Shown here one piece after another: positions 1 through 9,159 of a stretch of DNA of 64,000 nt. The DNA is from an uncultured Gammaproteobacteria bacterium (GTDB taxonomy: Bacteria; Patescibacteriota; Patescibacteriia; 2-01-FULL-39-33). Each line of letters starts with the position of its first letter. Position 1 is the stretch's first letter. The stretch is taken from contig CAYVUR010000001.1 of NCBI GenBank assembly GCA_964455185.1, forward strand, positions 3,892 through 67,891, in the 5' to 3' direction. The notes beneath the pieces are model-generated. The model ran no database searches and had not been told where the DNA came from. It saw only the letters and a list, made by a program, of their open reading frames with translations. A program made the position numbers and the translations under genes.

Positions 1-275
1 ATCCTTATGATGATGATCCACAACAGATAATCAATCAAGTAGCTGAAGGAGTAATTAAAGCAGGAAAAAAAGAAAATCAAGAAGTGTTTAAAATATTAAA
101 TCGTAGAGAAGCTATTCGCCAAGCTATAAAATTAGCTCAAGCAGGAGATTTAATACTTTTAACAGGAAAAGGAGCAGAACAAGCTATTTGTATTGCAGAA
201 GGAAAAAAAGAATTCTGGGATGAAAGAGAAGTAGTAAAAGATGAATTAGCTAATTTTGGTTATAAAAATAATTAA
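1..275 (+). CDS. Mur ligase family protein (MurE/MurF-like), C-terminal fragment; 5' end lies outside the window
   Basis: Frame 3 is open from the window edge to TAA at 273-275. The tail NRREAIRQAIKLAQAGDLILLTGKGAEQAI resembles the conserved C-terminal region of Mur ligases. Confidence 0.5.
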   Translation, partial: PYDDDPQQIINQVAEGVIKAGKKENQEVFKILNRREAIRQAIKLAQAGDLILLTGKGAEQAICIAEGKKEFWDEREVVKDELANFGYKNN

Positions 276-444
276 ACAACTTTTTATTTAATTATTTATA
301 TTTGATAATGTGGATAAATTGTTTATAAAATTATATTTTTTTTAATTAATCTTTAATAATAATTATAAAATTTGTTTATTTTTAGATAAAAATTTTATAT
401 TATTTGACAAAAATTAGAAATTAGACTTAGGTGGCAAAATTATG

Positions 445-473
445 TTGACTTTAATTTTTATTTCTGCTATTAT
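445..473 (+). promoter_or_regulatory. Candidate sigma70-type promoter in the rpoB leader (TTGACT-17-TATTAT)
   Basis: Hexamers TTGACT (445-450) and TATTAT (468-473) with a 17-nt spacer. Several similar motifs occur in this AT-rich leader, so specificity is low. Confidence 0.25.
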
Positions 474-648
474 ATTGACAATAGGCGATTTTTTCGTCTT
501 GACACATTTTTTTAATTTAACACTAATAATTTCTAAATTTAGTGTCTTCCTATCAAAATAATAAAACTTAAATCATAAAACTCATTTCCTAAATTAAGTC
601 CATCAATTTAAATTAAATGGCTAAAATAAGAGAAATGAGAGTTTTTTT

Positions 649-3600
649 ATGTCCAAGAAAAATTTAAAAGTAATAGATGGCAGAGTAAATTTTGCTCCTC
701 TATTAAAACAATCCTTCATTGCTTCTGATTTGATTGAATTACAAAAAAAATCATATGATTGGTTTTGGAAAACTGGATTAAGAGAACTTTTTGATGAATT
801 TTCTCCAATTACCGATTTTATCGGACGTGATTTAGAAGTGTATTTTCAGAATTATTATTTAGATGAACCAAAGTTTGATGAAGTTGCTTCTAAAGAAAAA
901 AATATTTCTTATGAAGCGCCATTAAGAGTTAACATTAAATTAATTAACAATAAAACCGGCCAAAGTCTTGAACAAGAAATTTATTTAGGAGATTTTCCTT
1001 TAATGACAGAACGTGGAACTTTTATTGTTAATGGAGTTGAACGTGTTGTTGTTTCACAGTTAGTTCGTTCTGCTGGCGTTTTTTTTACTTCTATTTCCGG
1101 AATTGATCGTAATCTTTATGGCGCGAAAGTTATACCTAATCGTGGCTCTTGGTTAGAATTTGAAACTGATATTAATAAAGTAATTTGGGTAAAGATTGAT
1201 CGTAAAAGAAAAGTAGCTTTTACTGCTTTATTACGTGCTTTTGGTTATTCAACTAATGATGATATTTTGAAATTATTTGCTGATTATCCAGAGGCCTTAG
1301 AATTTATTGAAGCTACTTTTAAAAAGGATGCTTCAGAAAATGAAGACGAAGGTTTAATTGAAGTTTATAAACGTATTCGACCTGGTGATTTAGCTGCTCC
1401 AGATAACGCTAAACAATTAATAAACAACATGTTTTTTAATTTTTCTCGCTATGATTTTTCCGCTGTTGGTCGTTACAAATTAAATCAACGTTTTAATGAA
1501 AATAGAGAGATTAATATAGAGAATAGAGTTTTATTACGTGAAGATATTGTTAACATTATTAAAGAAATAATTCGTCTTAATATAACTCAAGATCAAGCAG
1601 ATGATATTGATCATTTAGGTAATCGTCGTGTTAAAGCAGTGGGAGAGTTAGTACAAAGTCGTTTTCGTGTTGGATTAGCTAGAATGGAAAGAATTATTCG
1701 GGATCGCATGAGTACGCTTGATGTCACTACTTTAACTCCAACCAAATTAATTAACGCTAAACCTTTAATGAGTGTAGTTAAGGAGTTTTTTATGTCTTCT
1801 CAACTCTCTCAGTTTATGGATCAAGTTAATCCTTTAGCTGAATTAGAACATAAACGTCGTTTGTCAGCGCTTGGTCCCGGCGGATTATCGCGTGAACGTG
1901 CTGGATTTGAAGTTCGTGATGTACACCCAACTCACTATGGTAGAATTTGTCCGATTGCTACTCCCGAGGGTCCTAATATTGGTTTAGTTGGTCATTTAGC
2001 TTCATTTGCTCGTATTAATGATTATGGTTTTATTGAAGCTCCTTATTATCGTGTAGTTCATGATGTTGCTAATGATGGAAAAACAGCTATTGGTGAAATT
2101 GCTAGAAATGATTATGCAGGAATAGTTAAAGCTGGAGAAATTATTTCTAAAGAAGCCGCTAAAGCTTTAGCAAATAATAAAGAAATTAAAACTATTGCTG
2201 TTAAACCTCGAGTTACTGATGAAATTGTTTATATTGATGCCTTTGAAGAATCTCGTTCAACTACTACCCCTTATTCTAATAAAATAGATGAAAAGGGTTA
2301 CTTTTTAGTTGATAAAATTGAGGCTCGTGTTAAATTAAATCCAACTTTAGCTTCCGTTGAACAAGTTGATTATATGGATGTGTCTTCCAATCAAATTGTT
2401 TCAATTGCTACTTCTTGTATTCCTTTCTTAGAACATGATGATGCTGTTCGCGCTTTGATGGGAACCAATATGCAACGTCAGGCAGTTTGTACTATTAGAC
2501 CAGAAGCCCCTATTATAGGAACAGGCATTGAAAAAATTGCTGCTCAGTATTCTGGACATGTTGTTTTAGCTAAAGAAGACGGAAAAGTAATTGCTTTACA
2601 TGGTAATAGAATTGAAATTTTAAATAAAAATAATCAGATTGATACTTATCGTTTAAATAAATATATTAGATCCAATAATTCAACTTCTATTAATCAAAAG
2701 CCAGTGGTAAAAATTGGTCAAGAAGTTAAAAAAGGAGACGTTTTAGCTGATGGCCCTGCTATTGATCATGGAGAGTTAGCTTTGGGTCAAAATATTTTAG
2801 TAGCTTTCATGCCTTGGCAAGGTTATAACTATGAAGATGCTATTATTATTTCTGAAAGATTAGTTCAAAAAGATAGATATTCTTCAGTTCATATTGAAAA
2901 TTATGTTTGTGAGGTTCGTGAAACTAAACTTGGTCCAGAAATTGTTACTTCAGATATTCCTAATGTTAGCGAGGAGAAATTAAAAGATTTAGATGAAGAA
3001 GGAATTGTTCGCATCGGAGCTTTTGTTAAATCTGGTGATATTTTGTGTGGTAAAATTACTCCCAAAGGTGAAACTGAGTTGTCAGCTGAAGAAAAGTTAT
3101 TGCGCGCTATTTTTGGTGAAAAGGCTAGAGACGTGCGTGACTCTTCACTTTATTTAGAGCATGGTTCTTCTGGTAAGGTTATTGATGTTAAAATTTTTAG
3201 TCGTGAAAATGGTGATAAGTTACCTGCGGGCATGATTAAAATGGTACAGATTACTGTAGCTTCTTTACGTAAAATTCAAGTAGGAGATAAAATGGCAGGA
3301 CGACATGGAAATAAAGGAGTTATTTCTAAAGTTGTTCCAGTTGAAGATTTACCTCATTTAGCTGATGGTACCCCGGTTGATATTATTTTATCACCTCTAG
3401 GTGTTGTTTCTCGTATGAATTTGGGACAAATTCTTGAGACTCATTTAGGTTTAGCTGCTAAAAAACTTGGATATAAGGTGGCTACCAATGCTTTTAATGG
3501 GGCAGTTGAAGAAGATATTAGGAAGCAATTAGAAGAAGCTGGATACCCTTCAGATGGACGCATTCAATTATATGATGGACGCACTGGAGAACCATTCCAC

Positions 3601-4071
3601 AAAAAGAGTACAGTTGGTATTATCTATATGTTAAAATTGAATCATTTAGTTGAAGATAAAATTCATCAGCGTTCAATTGGTCCGTACTCTTTGATTACTC
3701 AACAACCTTTGGGTGGTAAAGCACAATTCGGCGGACAAAGATTTGGAGAAATGGAAGTCTGGGCACTTGAAGCTTATGGCGCAGCTGCTACTTTGCAAGA
3801 AATTTTAACTATTAAATCAGATGATGTAGTCGGGCGTAGTAAAACTTATGAATCAATTATTAAAGGTGAACCAATCAGTAATTTATATATCCCAGAATCT
3901 TTTAATGTTTTAGTTAGAGAACTAAAAGGTTTAGGTTTGAATGTAGAATTACTTAATAATAATAAACAAATTAGCGATTTCGATAAGTCAATTGAAAAAT
4001 CAGTTCTTACTAAAGATGACGAAGAAATCAATATTTTAGAAGAAGATTCTACTTCTAATAATGAAAGCTAG
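649..4071 (+). CDS. rpoB: DNA-directed RNA polymerase subunit beta
   Basis: 1140-aa ORF with RpoB hallmark blocks (GDKMAGRHGNKGVISKV, NMQRQAV, rifampicin-cluster region) and a conserved rpoB-rpoC tandem. Confidence 0.97.
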   Translation: MSKKNLKVIDGRVNFAPLLKQSFIASDLIELQKKSYDWFWKTGLRELFDEFSPITDFIGRDLEVYFQNYYLDEPKFDEVASKEKNISYEAPLRVNIKLINNKTGQSLEQEIYLGDFPLMTERGTFIVNGVERVVVSQLVRSAGVFFTSISGIDRNLYGAKVIPNRGSWLEFETDINKVIWVKIDRKRKVAFTALLRAFGYSTNDDILKLFADYPEALEFIEATFKKDASENEDEGLIEVYKRIRPGDLAAPDNAKQLINNMFFNFSRYDFSAVGRYKLNQRFNENREINIENRVLLREDIVNIIKEIIRLNITQDQADDIDHLGNRRVKAVGELVQSRFRVGLARMERIIRDRMSTLDVTTLTPTKLINAKPLMSVVKEFFMSSQLSQFMDQVNPLAELEHKRRLSALGPGGLSRERAGFEVRDVHPTHYGRICPIATPEGPNIGLVGHLASFARINDYGFIEAPYYRVVHDVANDGKTAIGEIARNDYAGIVKAGEIISKEAAKALANNKEIKTIAVKPRVTDEIVYIDAFEESRSTTTPYSNKIDEKGYFLVDKIEARVKLNPTLASVEQVDYMDVSSNQIVSIATSCIPFLEHDDAVRALMGTNMQRQAVCTIRPEAPIIGTGIEKIAAQYSGHVVLAKEDGKVIALHGNRIEILNKNNQIDTYRLNKYIRSNNSTSINQKPVVKIGQEVKKGDVLADGPAIDHGELALGQNILVAFMPWQGYNYEDAIIISERLVQKDRYSSVHIENYVCEVRETKLGPEIVTSDIPNVSEEKLKDLDEEGIVRIGAFVKSGDILCGKITPKGETELSAEEKLLRAIFGEKARDVRDSSLYLEHGSSGKVIDVKIFSRENGDKLPAGMIKMVQITVASLRKIQVGDKMAGRHGNKGVISKVVPVEDLPHLADGTPVDIILSPLGVVSRMNLGQILETHLGLAAKKLGYKVATNAFNGAVEEDIRKQLEEAGYPSDGRIQLYDGRTGEPFHKKSTVGIIYMLKLNHLVEDKIHQRSIGPYSLITQQPLGGKAQFGGQRFGEMEVWALEAYGAAATLQEILTIKSDDVVGRSKTYESIIKGEPISNLYIPESFNVLVRELKGLGLNVELLNNNKQISDFDKSIEKSVLTKDDEEINILEEDSTSNNES

Positions 4072-4094
4072 TCAATCATCCTTAATATAAAATT

Positions 4095-7000
4095 ATGTTT
4101 GACGAAAAAACACAAAATATTCATTTTGATGCCATCAGATTGAGAATTGCTTCCCCTGATGATATTCATAGTTGGTCACATGGTGAAGTTACTCGTCCTG
4201 AAACTATTAATTATCGTACTCAAAAACCAGAGAAAGATGGATTATTTTGTGAAAAAATTTTTGGCCCAATCAAAGATTGGGAGTGTTATTGTGGTAAATA
4301 TAAGAAAATTCGTTACAAAGGTATAGTTTGTGATAAATGCGGAGTAGAAGTTACTCGTTCTATAGTTCGTCGTGAACGCATGGGACATATTGATTTATGT
4401 GCTCCAGTTGCTCATATTTGGTTTTTACGTGGCATTCCATCAAAAATTGGTTTGGCTTTAGATATGTCGGTAATGAATTTAGAAAAAGTTATTTATTTTG
4501 CTGATTTTATTATTACTTCAGTTAATGAGGATTTAAAAAATCAAACTTTTGAACAATTACGCGCTGAATATAAACAATATCGTAAACAAATTGAAAGTGA
4601 TTTCGATAATCGTATCAAACAACTTGAATCTTCTGATAAAGAAAATAAAGAAGACGCTATTAATCAATTAATTAAAGCTAAAGAAGAAAAATTGAAAGAG
4701 TTAGAAGAGACAATGATAATTGCTGAAAATGAACTTAAAGAAATTAAACCTTTAAAAATTATTTCAGAACATGTTTTTCATGAATTATCTTTGAAATATG
4801 GCCATATTTTTGAAGCAGGCATTGGCGCTGAAGCGATTCGTGAATTATTGTCTAAAATTAATTTAGAAGAAACAGTTGAAGAATTAAATAAAGCAATTGC
4901 TGAATCTGTTGGTGCTAAAAAAGATAAATTAGTGCGTCGAGCTAAATTTTTTAATAATTTAATTAAAAATAAATTGCGCCCTGAGTGGATGATTATGACC
5001 ACTATTCCGGTTATTCCTCCAGATTTAAGACCAATGGTGCCGCTTGATGGTGGACGATTTGCTACTTCAGATTTAAACGATTTATATCGCAGAGTTATTA
5101 ATCGTAATAATCGTTTAAAACAATTATTAGATTTAAATGCTCCTGAAGTTATTACTCGTAATGAGAAGCGCATGTTACAAGAAGCAGTTGATTCTTTAAT
5201 TGATAATAATGCTAGACATGGCAAGACTGTAGTTGCTTCTACAGGACAAAAAAGAAATCTAAAATCTCTCGCTGATATTTTGAAAGGTAAACAAGGACGT
5301 TTCCGTCAGAATTTACTTGGTAAGAGAATTGATTATTCAGGACGTTCAGTAATTGTTGTTGGCCCTAAATTAAAATTAGATCAGTGTGGTATTCCTAAAA
5401 TGATGGCTTTAGAATTATTTAAACCATTTATCATTTCTAAATTAATTCAACGTGGTGTAGTACATAATATTCGTAGTGCTAATAGGTATATCGAAGCTAA
5501 ACATGATGATGTTTGGGATATTTTAGAGGAAGTAGTTAAAGGATCTTATGTTTTATTGAATCGTGCTCCTACTTTACATCGTTTGGGTATTCAAGCTTTC
5601 AAGCCAGTTTTAATTGAGGGTTTGGCAATTCAAATACATCCTTTAGTTTGTCCGGCGTTTAATGCTGATTTTGATGGTGATCAAATGGCTGTTCATGTTC
5701 CTCTTACTGAAGAGGCTAATAAAGAAGCGGCTGAAAGAATGCTTTCTTCTAAAAATCTTCTTAAACCAGCTAATGGTCAACCTATCGTTACTCCACAACA
5801 AGATATTATTTGGGGATGTTATTATTTGACTACTTTAAATGAGAATGAAAAAGCTAAAATTTTTTCTTCGGTTAATGAAGCTATTTTAGCCATGGATAAA
5901 GGACTTATTACTTTACAATCAAAAATTAAATTGTTTTATAGTAAAAATATTAAAAATAAAAAAGAGATTTTAGAAACATCTTTAGGAAGAATATTTTTTA
6001 ATGAAATTTTACCGGAAAATTATCCTTTTGTTAATAAACGAGTTGGTAAAAAAGATCTTTCTAAAATTTTAGCAGATATTTTAAGAAATTTTGGTCCAGA
6101 AATAACCGTAACAACTTTAGATCAAATTAAAGATATTGGTTTTAAATATCTAACTTATTCTGCTCAATCTTTAGGTATGGATGATTTAGTAGATATTCCA
6201 GAAAGAGAAAAATTAATTGAAGAAGGTAATAAGGAAGTTGATATTATTGATAGTCAATATTTGATGGGTTTACTTACTGAAGATGAAAGACATGAAAAAA
6301 TAGTTGAGAATTGGTTAAAAATTAATAATCAAATTTTGGAAAAAGTTAAAACTTCAATGAATGAAGGTAATACTATTCTTGCTATGATCGATTCTCAAGC
6401 TCGAGGCTCTTGGGGACAATTATCACAAATGATTGGTATGAAAGGTCCAGTAGTTAATCCTAATTATGAAGTTATTGAATTGCCTGTTAAATCTAACTTT
6501 AAAAAAGGTTTTAATGTTTTGGAATTCTTTATTTCTTCCCATGGTGCTCGTAAAGGTTTATCTGATACAGCTTTGCGTACTGCTTCTGCTGGTTATTTAA
6601 CTCGTCGTTTAGTTGATGTAGCTCAAGAAGTTGTAGTTAATAGTGAGGATTGCGGTGATACTGAAGGTCTTACTATTACTAAAGAAGAAAGTGAAATTAT
6701 GGGCGATAAACTTATAAATAGAGTAATAGGACGTTATGCCGCTAAAGATATTATTGATCCTAAAACTAAAAAAATTATTGTTAAAGCAGGAGATCTTATT
6801 ACTGAAGATTTAGCAGAACAATTGTCTAAATATGATATTTCAGAAATTACTGTTAGATCAGTTATGACCTGTCGCAATGTGCGAGGTGTTTGTCGCAAAT
6901 GTTATGGTTATGATTTAGCTTATAATAAACCAGTAGAATTAGGCGTTGCAGTGGGCGTAATAGCCGCTCAATCTGTAGGTGAACCAGGTACTCAACTTAC

Positions 7001-7973
7001 CATGAGAACTTTTCATACTGGAGGAGTTGCTTCTGAAGGAGATATTACTCAAGGTTTACCTCGTGTAGAAGAAATTTTTGAAGCTCGTACACCTAAAAAT
7101 AAAGCAATAATTTCTGAAGTTGATGGAATTGTTAAAATTAAAGAACCTAGACAAAGAGAAATTATTGCCGATGATGGCCAGAGAATTGCTAAAGTTTCTG
7201 GCAAAGAAAGAATTTTAGAAATTTCTTATGAGCAAACTTTAGAGAAAAAAATTTCTATACCTAAAGGTAAAAATGTTAAATTAGAAGTAAAAGATGGTGA
7301 TAAAGTTAAAGTTGGACAAATTCTTTTAAGTAATGGAGAAAATCAAGTTACTGCTCCAATAGCTGGAGTAGTCAGATTAGAAAAATCATTTTTAATAATT
7401 TCTGGTAAAGAATTGGGAGTAAAAGAATATCTAGTGCCTTCAATTAAATCTATAATAGTTGCTGATGGAGCTAAAATTAAAGCCGGTGATCAATTAACTG
7501 AGGGAAGTCTTGATTTGCATCAATTATATAAATTGAAGGGCAAACATTTCACTCAGAAGTATATTATGAAAGAAATTCAACATATTTATTCTTCTCAAGG
7601 TCAAAAATTAAACGATAAACATGTTGAAGTTATTATTCGTCAAATGTTTTCCAAAGTTTATGTAATTGATGCAGGAGACGGAGATTTTATGCCTGGAGAA
7701 ATTTTAGAATATGTAGATGTTATTAATGCTAATGAAGAATTAGCTAAAGCTGGTAAAAAATTGGTTGAATTTGAAAGATTATTATTAGGTATTACTAAAG
7801 TTTCTCTATCTACTCGTTCTTGGTTAGCCGCAGCTTCTTTCCAAGAAACCGCCAAAGTTTTAATTAATGCTGCAATTACTGGAAAAACTGATGATTTATC
7901 TGGACTTAAAGAAAATATTATTATTGGTCGTAAAATTCCTGCTGGAACTGGTTTTGTTCCTGAAAAATTATAG
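4095..7973 (+). CDS. rpoC: DNA-directed RNA polymerase subunit beta'
   Basis: 1292-aa ORF with the N-terminal zinc-binding Cys cluster and the catalytic NADFDGDQMAVHVP motif, immediately after rpoB. Confidence 0.97.
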   Translation: MFDEKTQNIHFDAIRLRIASPDDIHSWSHGEVTRPETINYRTQKPEKDGLFCEKIFGPIKDWECYCGKYKKIRYKGIVCDKCGVEVTRSIVRRERMGHIDLCAPVAHIWFLRGIPSKIGLALDMSVMNLEKVIYFADFIITSVNEDLKNQTFEQLRAEYKQYRKQIESDFDNRIKQLESSDKENKEDAINQLIKAKEEKLKELEETMIIAENELKEIKPLKIISEHVFHELSLKYGHIFEAGIGAEAIRELLSKINLEETVEELNKAIAESVGAKKDKLVRRAKFFNNLIKNKLRPEWMIMTTIPVIPPDLRPMVPLDGGRFATSDLNDLYRRVINRNNRLKQLLDLNAPEVITRNEKRMLQEAVDSLIDNNARHGKTVVASTGQKRNLKSLADILKGKQGRFRQNLLGKRIDYSGRSVIVVGPKLKLDQCGIPKMMALELFKPFIISKLIQRGVVHNIRSANRYIEAKHDDVWDILEEVVKGSYVLLNRAPTLHRLGIQAFKPVLIEGLAIQIHPLVCPAFNADFDGDQMAVHVPLTEEANKEAAERMLSSKNLLKPANGQPIVTPQQDIIWGCYYLTTLNENEKAKIFSSVNEAILAMDKGLITLQSKIKLFYSKNIKNKKEILETSLGRIFFNEILPENYPFVNKRVGKKDLSKILADILRNFGPEITVTTLDQIKDIGFKYLTYSAQSLGMDDLVDIPEREKLIEEGNKEVDIIDSQYLMGLLTEDERHEKIVENWLKINNQILEKVKTSMNEGNTILAMIDSQARGSWGQLSQMIGMKGPVVNPNYEVIELPVKSNFKKGFNVLEFFISSHGARKGLSDTALRTASAGYLTRRLVDVAQEVVVNSEDCGDTEGLTITKEESEIMGDKLINRVIGRYAAKDIIDPKTKKIIVKAGDLITEDLAEQLSKYDISEITVRSVMTCRNVRGVCRKCYGYDLAYNKPVELGVAVGVIAAQSVGEPGTQLTMRTFHTGGVASEGDITQGLPRVEEIFEARTPKNKAIISEVDGIVKIKEPRQREIIADDGQRIAKVSGKERILEISYEQTLEKKISIPKGKNVKLEVKDGDKVKVGQILLSNGENQVTAPIAGVVRLEKSFLIISGKELGVKEYLVPSIKSIIVADGAKIKAGDQLTEGSLDLHQLYKLKGKHFTQKYIMKEIQHIYSSQGQKLNDKHVEVIIRQMFSKVYVIDAGDGDFMPGEILEYVDVINANEELAKAGKKLVEFERLLLGITKVSLSTRSWLAAASFQETAKVLINAAITGKTDDLSGLKENIIIGRKIPAGTGFVPEKL

Positions 7974-7993
7974 ATTAGATTTTTAAATAAATA

Positions 7994-8024
7994 AAAAGAC
8001 CCCATAAAAAGGGGTCTTTTTATT
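7994..8024 (+). terminator. Rho-independent terminator after rpoC
   Basis: Hairpin AAAGACCCC-ataaaaa-GGGGTCTTT followed by a T-tract, 20 nt past the rpoC stop. Confidence 0.8.
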
Positions 8025-8158
8025 TATTGATTTTAAAAATAAAGTTGAAATATTTATAGTGTGGATAATTTTATTGTCAGATAATTATAATTATTATATA
8101 ATATAAAGCATAAAGTAAAGCTAATAGCTTTATAGTTTATACTTCATAGTTTAGATTA

Positions 8159-8395
8159 ATGTCATTAGAATTAATTAAAATTGGGGAATTAGCTAAATTA
8201 GCCAAGGTTTTACCTTCTACTATTCATTATTATACTAAAGAAGGACTACTTAATTTTGCTGCTGAAACGCCAGGAGGTTATCGTCTTTATGATAAAACAA
8301 AAACCTTAAAGCGAATTCGTATTATTCAAGATTTACAATCAAAAAATCGTTTGACTATTAATGAAATTAAAAAAAAATTAAAAAATAATTTTTAG
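8159..8395 (+). CDS. MerR-family HTH transcriptional regulator (short, 78 aa)
   Basis: N-terminal IGELAKLAKVLPSTIHYYTKEGLL...GYRLYD matches the MerR-type HTH signature. Confidence 0.65.
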   Translation: MSLELIKIGELAKLAKVLPSTIHYYTKEGLLNFAAETPGGYRLYDKTKTLKRIRIIQDLQSKNRLTINEIKKKLKNNF

Positions 8396-8401
8396 GAGGT
8401 T

Positions 8402-8524
8402 ATGTCTTTTTTAACTATTGAAGTTGTTTATCAAAAAAAGAATTATAGTCGCAAGGTGGCAATTACTTTATTTTTACTTGTCGTGCCTTTGATTATACTA
8501 GCTGTTTGGGCGCTTAAAATTTAA
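8402..8524 (+). CDS. Small hydrophobic peptide (40 aa, single predicted TM helix)
   Basis: ATG at 8402 lies 6 nt after a perfect AGGAGG (8394-8399). The ORF MSFLTIEVVYQKKNYSRKVAITLFLLVVPLIILAVWALKI ends at TAA 8522-8524 and is followed by a terminator. It is below the ORF-track size cutoff. Confidence 0.4.
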   Translation: MSFLTIEVVYQKKNYSRKVAITLFLLVVPLIILAVWALKI

Positions 8525-8539
8525 CTAGATCAAACAGCA

Positions 8540-8570
8540 AAAGAGCCGATAAATTATCGGCTCTTTTTTA
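8540..8570 (+). terminator. Rho-independent terminator
   Basis: Hairpin AAGAGCCGATAA-a-TTATCGGCTCTT followed by TTTTTT. Confidence 0.75.
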
Positions 8571-8581
8571 AAATAAAAAAT

Positions 8582-8611
8582 TTGGATAAAGACTTGTTTT
8601 TATGATATAAT
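8582..8611 (+). promoter_or_regulatory. Candidate promoter with an extended -10 (TGaTATAAT) for the 8692 gene
   Basis: TTGGAT-18-TATAAT, with TG 2 nt upstream of the -10 hexamer (8603-8611). Confidence 0.4.
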
Positions 8612-8691
8612 ATTAATGTTATTTCTTATGATATTTATTTTAAAATAAGCTTGAAATTTTAATTTCAATTTTATATTTATATCTATAATTT

Positions 8692-9153
8692 ATGAAAGAA
8701 AAAAAGATTAAAAAATTAGTTAATCTTAAACAAGCTAGCGAATTATCTGGTAAAAGTTGTCAACAGTTAAGAAAAATGATAACTTCAAAAAAATTAAAAG
8801 CTGTAAAACAAGGTAGAATTTGGATGATAGATCCATTAGATTTAGATATGAGTTTTTTAGAAAAAAAAGAAATCGATGATGGTAAATTTCTCAATAAATT
8901 TCAAAATAAAATAAATAATTTTGATATAAATACAGAACAAAAGACTTTTATCAATTTTAAAATTATATCAACACAACAATTAAGTTTAATATTAATAATG
9001 GTAGTAGTTTTATTTTCTTTATCTTTGTTTTTTTCTATATTTTTAAGTAAAGGTTTGTTAGTAAAAGCTTCTTTTTCTAAATTTTCTAATCAAGAAAAGT
9101 ATATTTCTACAGAGCAAGAAAAGTTTTTAAGACGTTCTGTTTTTGGAGATTAA
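8692..9153 (+). CDS. Membrane-anchored protein with an N-terminal excisionase/MerR-superfamily-type HTH
   Basis: LKQASELSGKSCQQLRKMITSKKLKAVKQGRIWMI resembles excisionase-family DNA-binding HTHs. One strong TM helix (LSLILIMVVVLFSLSLFFSIFL). It ends 6 nt before ftsK. Confidence 0.4.
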   Translation: MKEKKIKKLVNLKQASELSGKSCQQLRKMITSKKLKAVKQGRIWMIDPLDLDMSFLEKKEIDDGKFLNKFQNKINNFDINTEQKTFINFKIISTQQLSLILIMVVVLFSLSLFFSIFLSKGLLVKASFSKFSNQEKYISTEQEKFLRRSVFGD

Positions 9154-9159
9154 AAAATT

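Noticed and set aside
3846-8005. Antisense ORFs inside rpoB/rpoC (3846-4031, 4778-5224, 7658-8005)
   Set aside because: They lie fully within and opposite strongly supported RpoB/RpoC coding sequence. They have low-complexity translations and no start-signal support.
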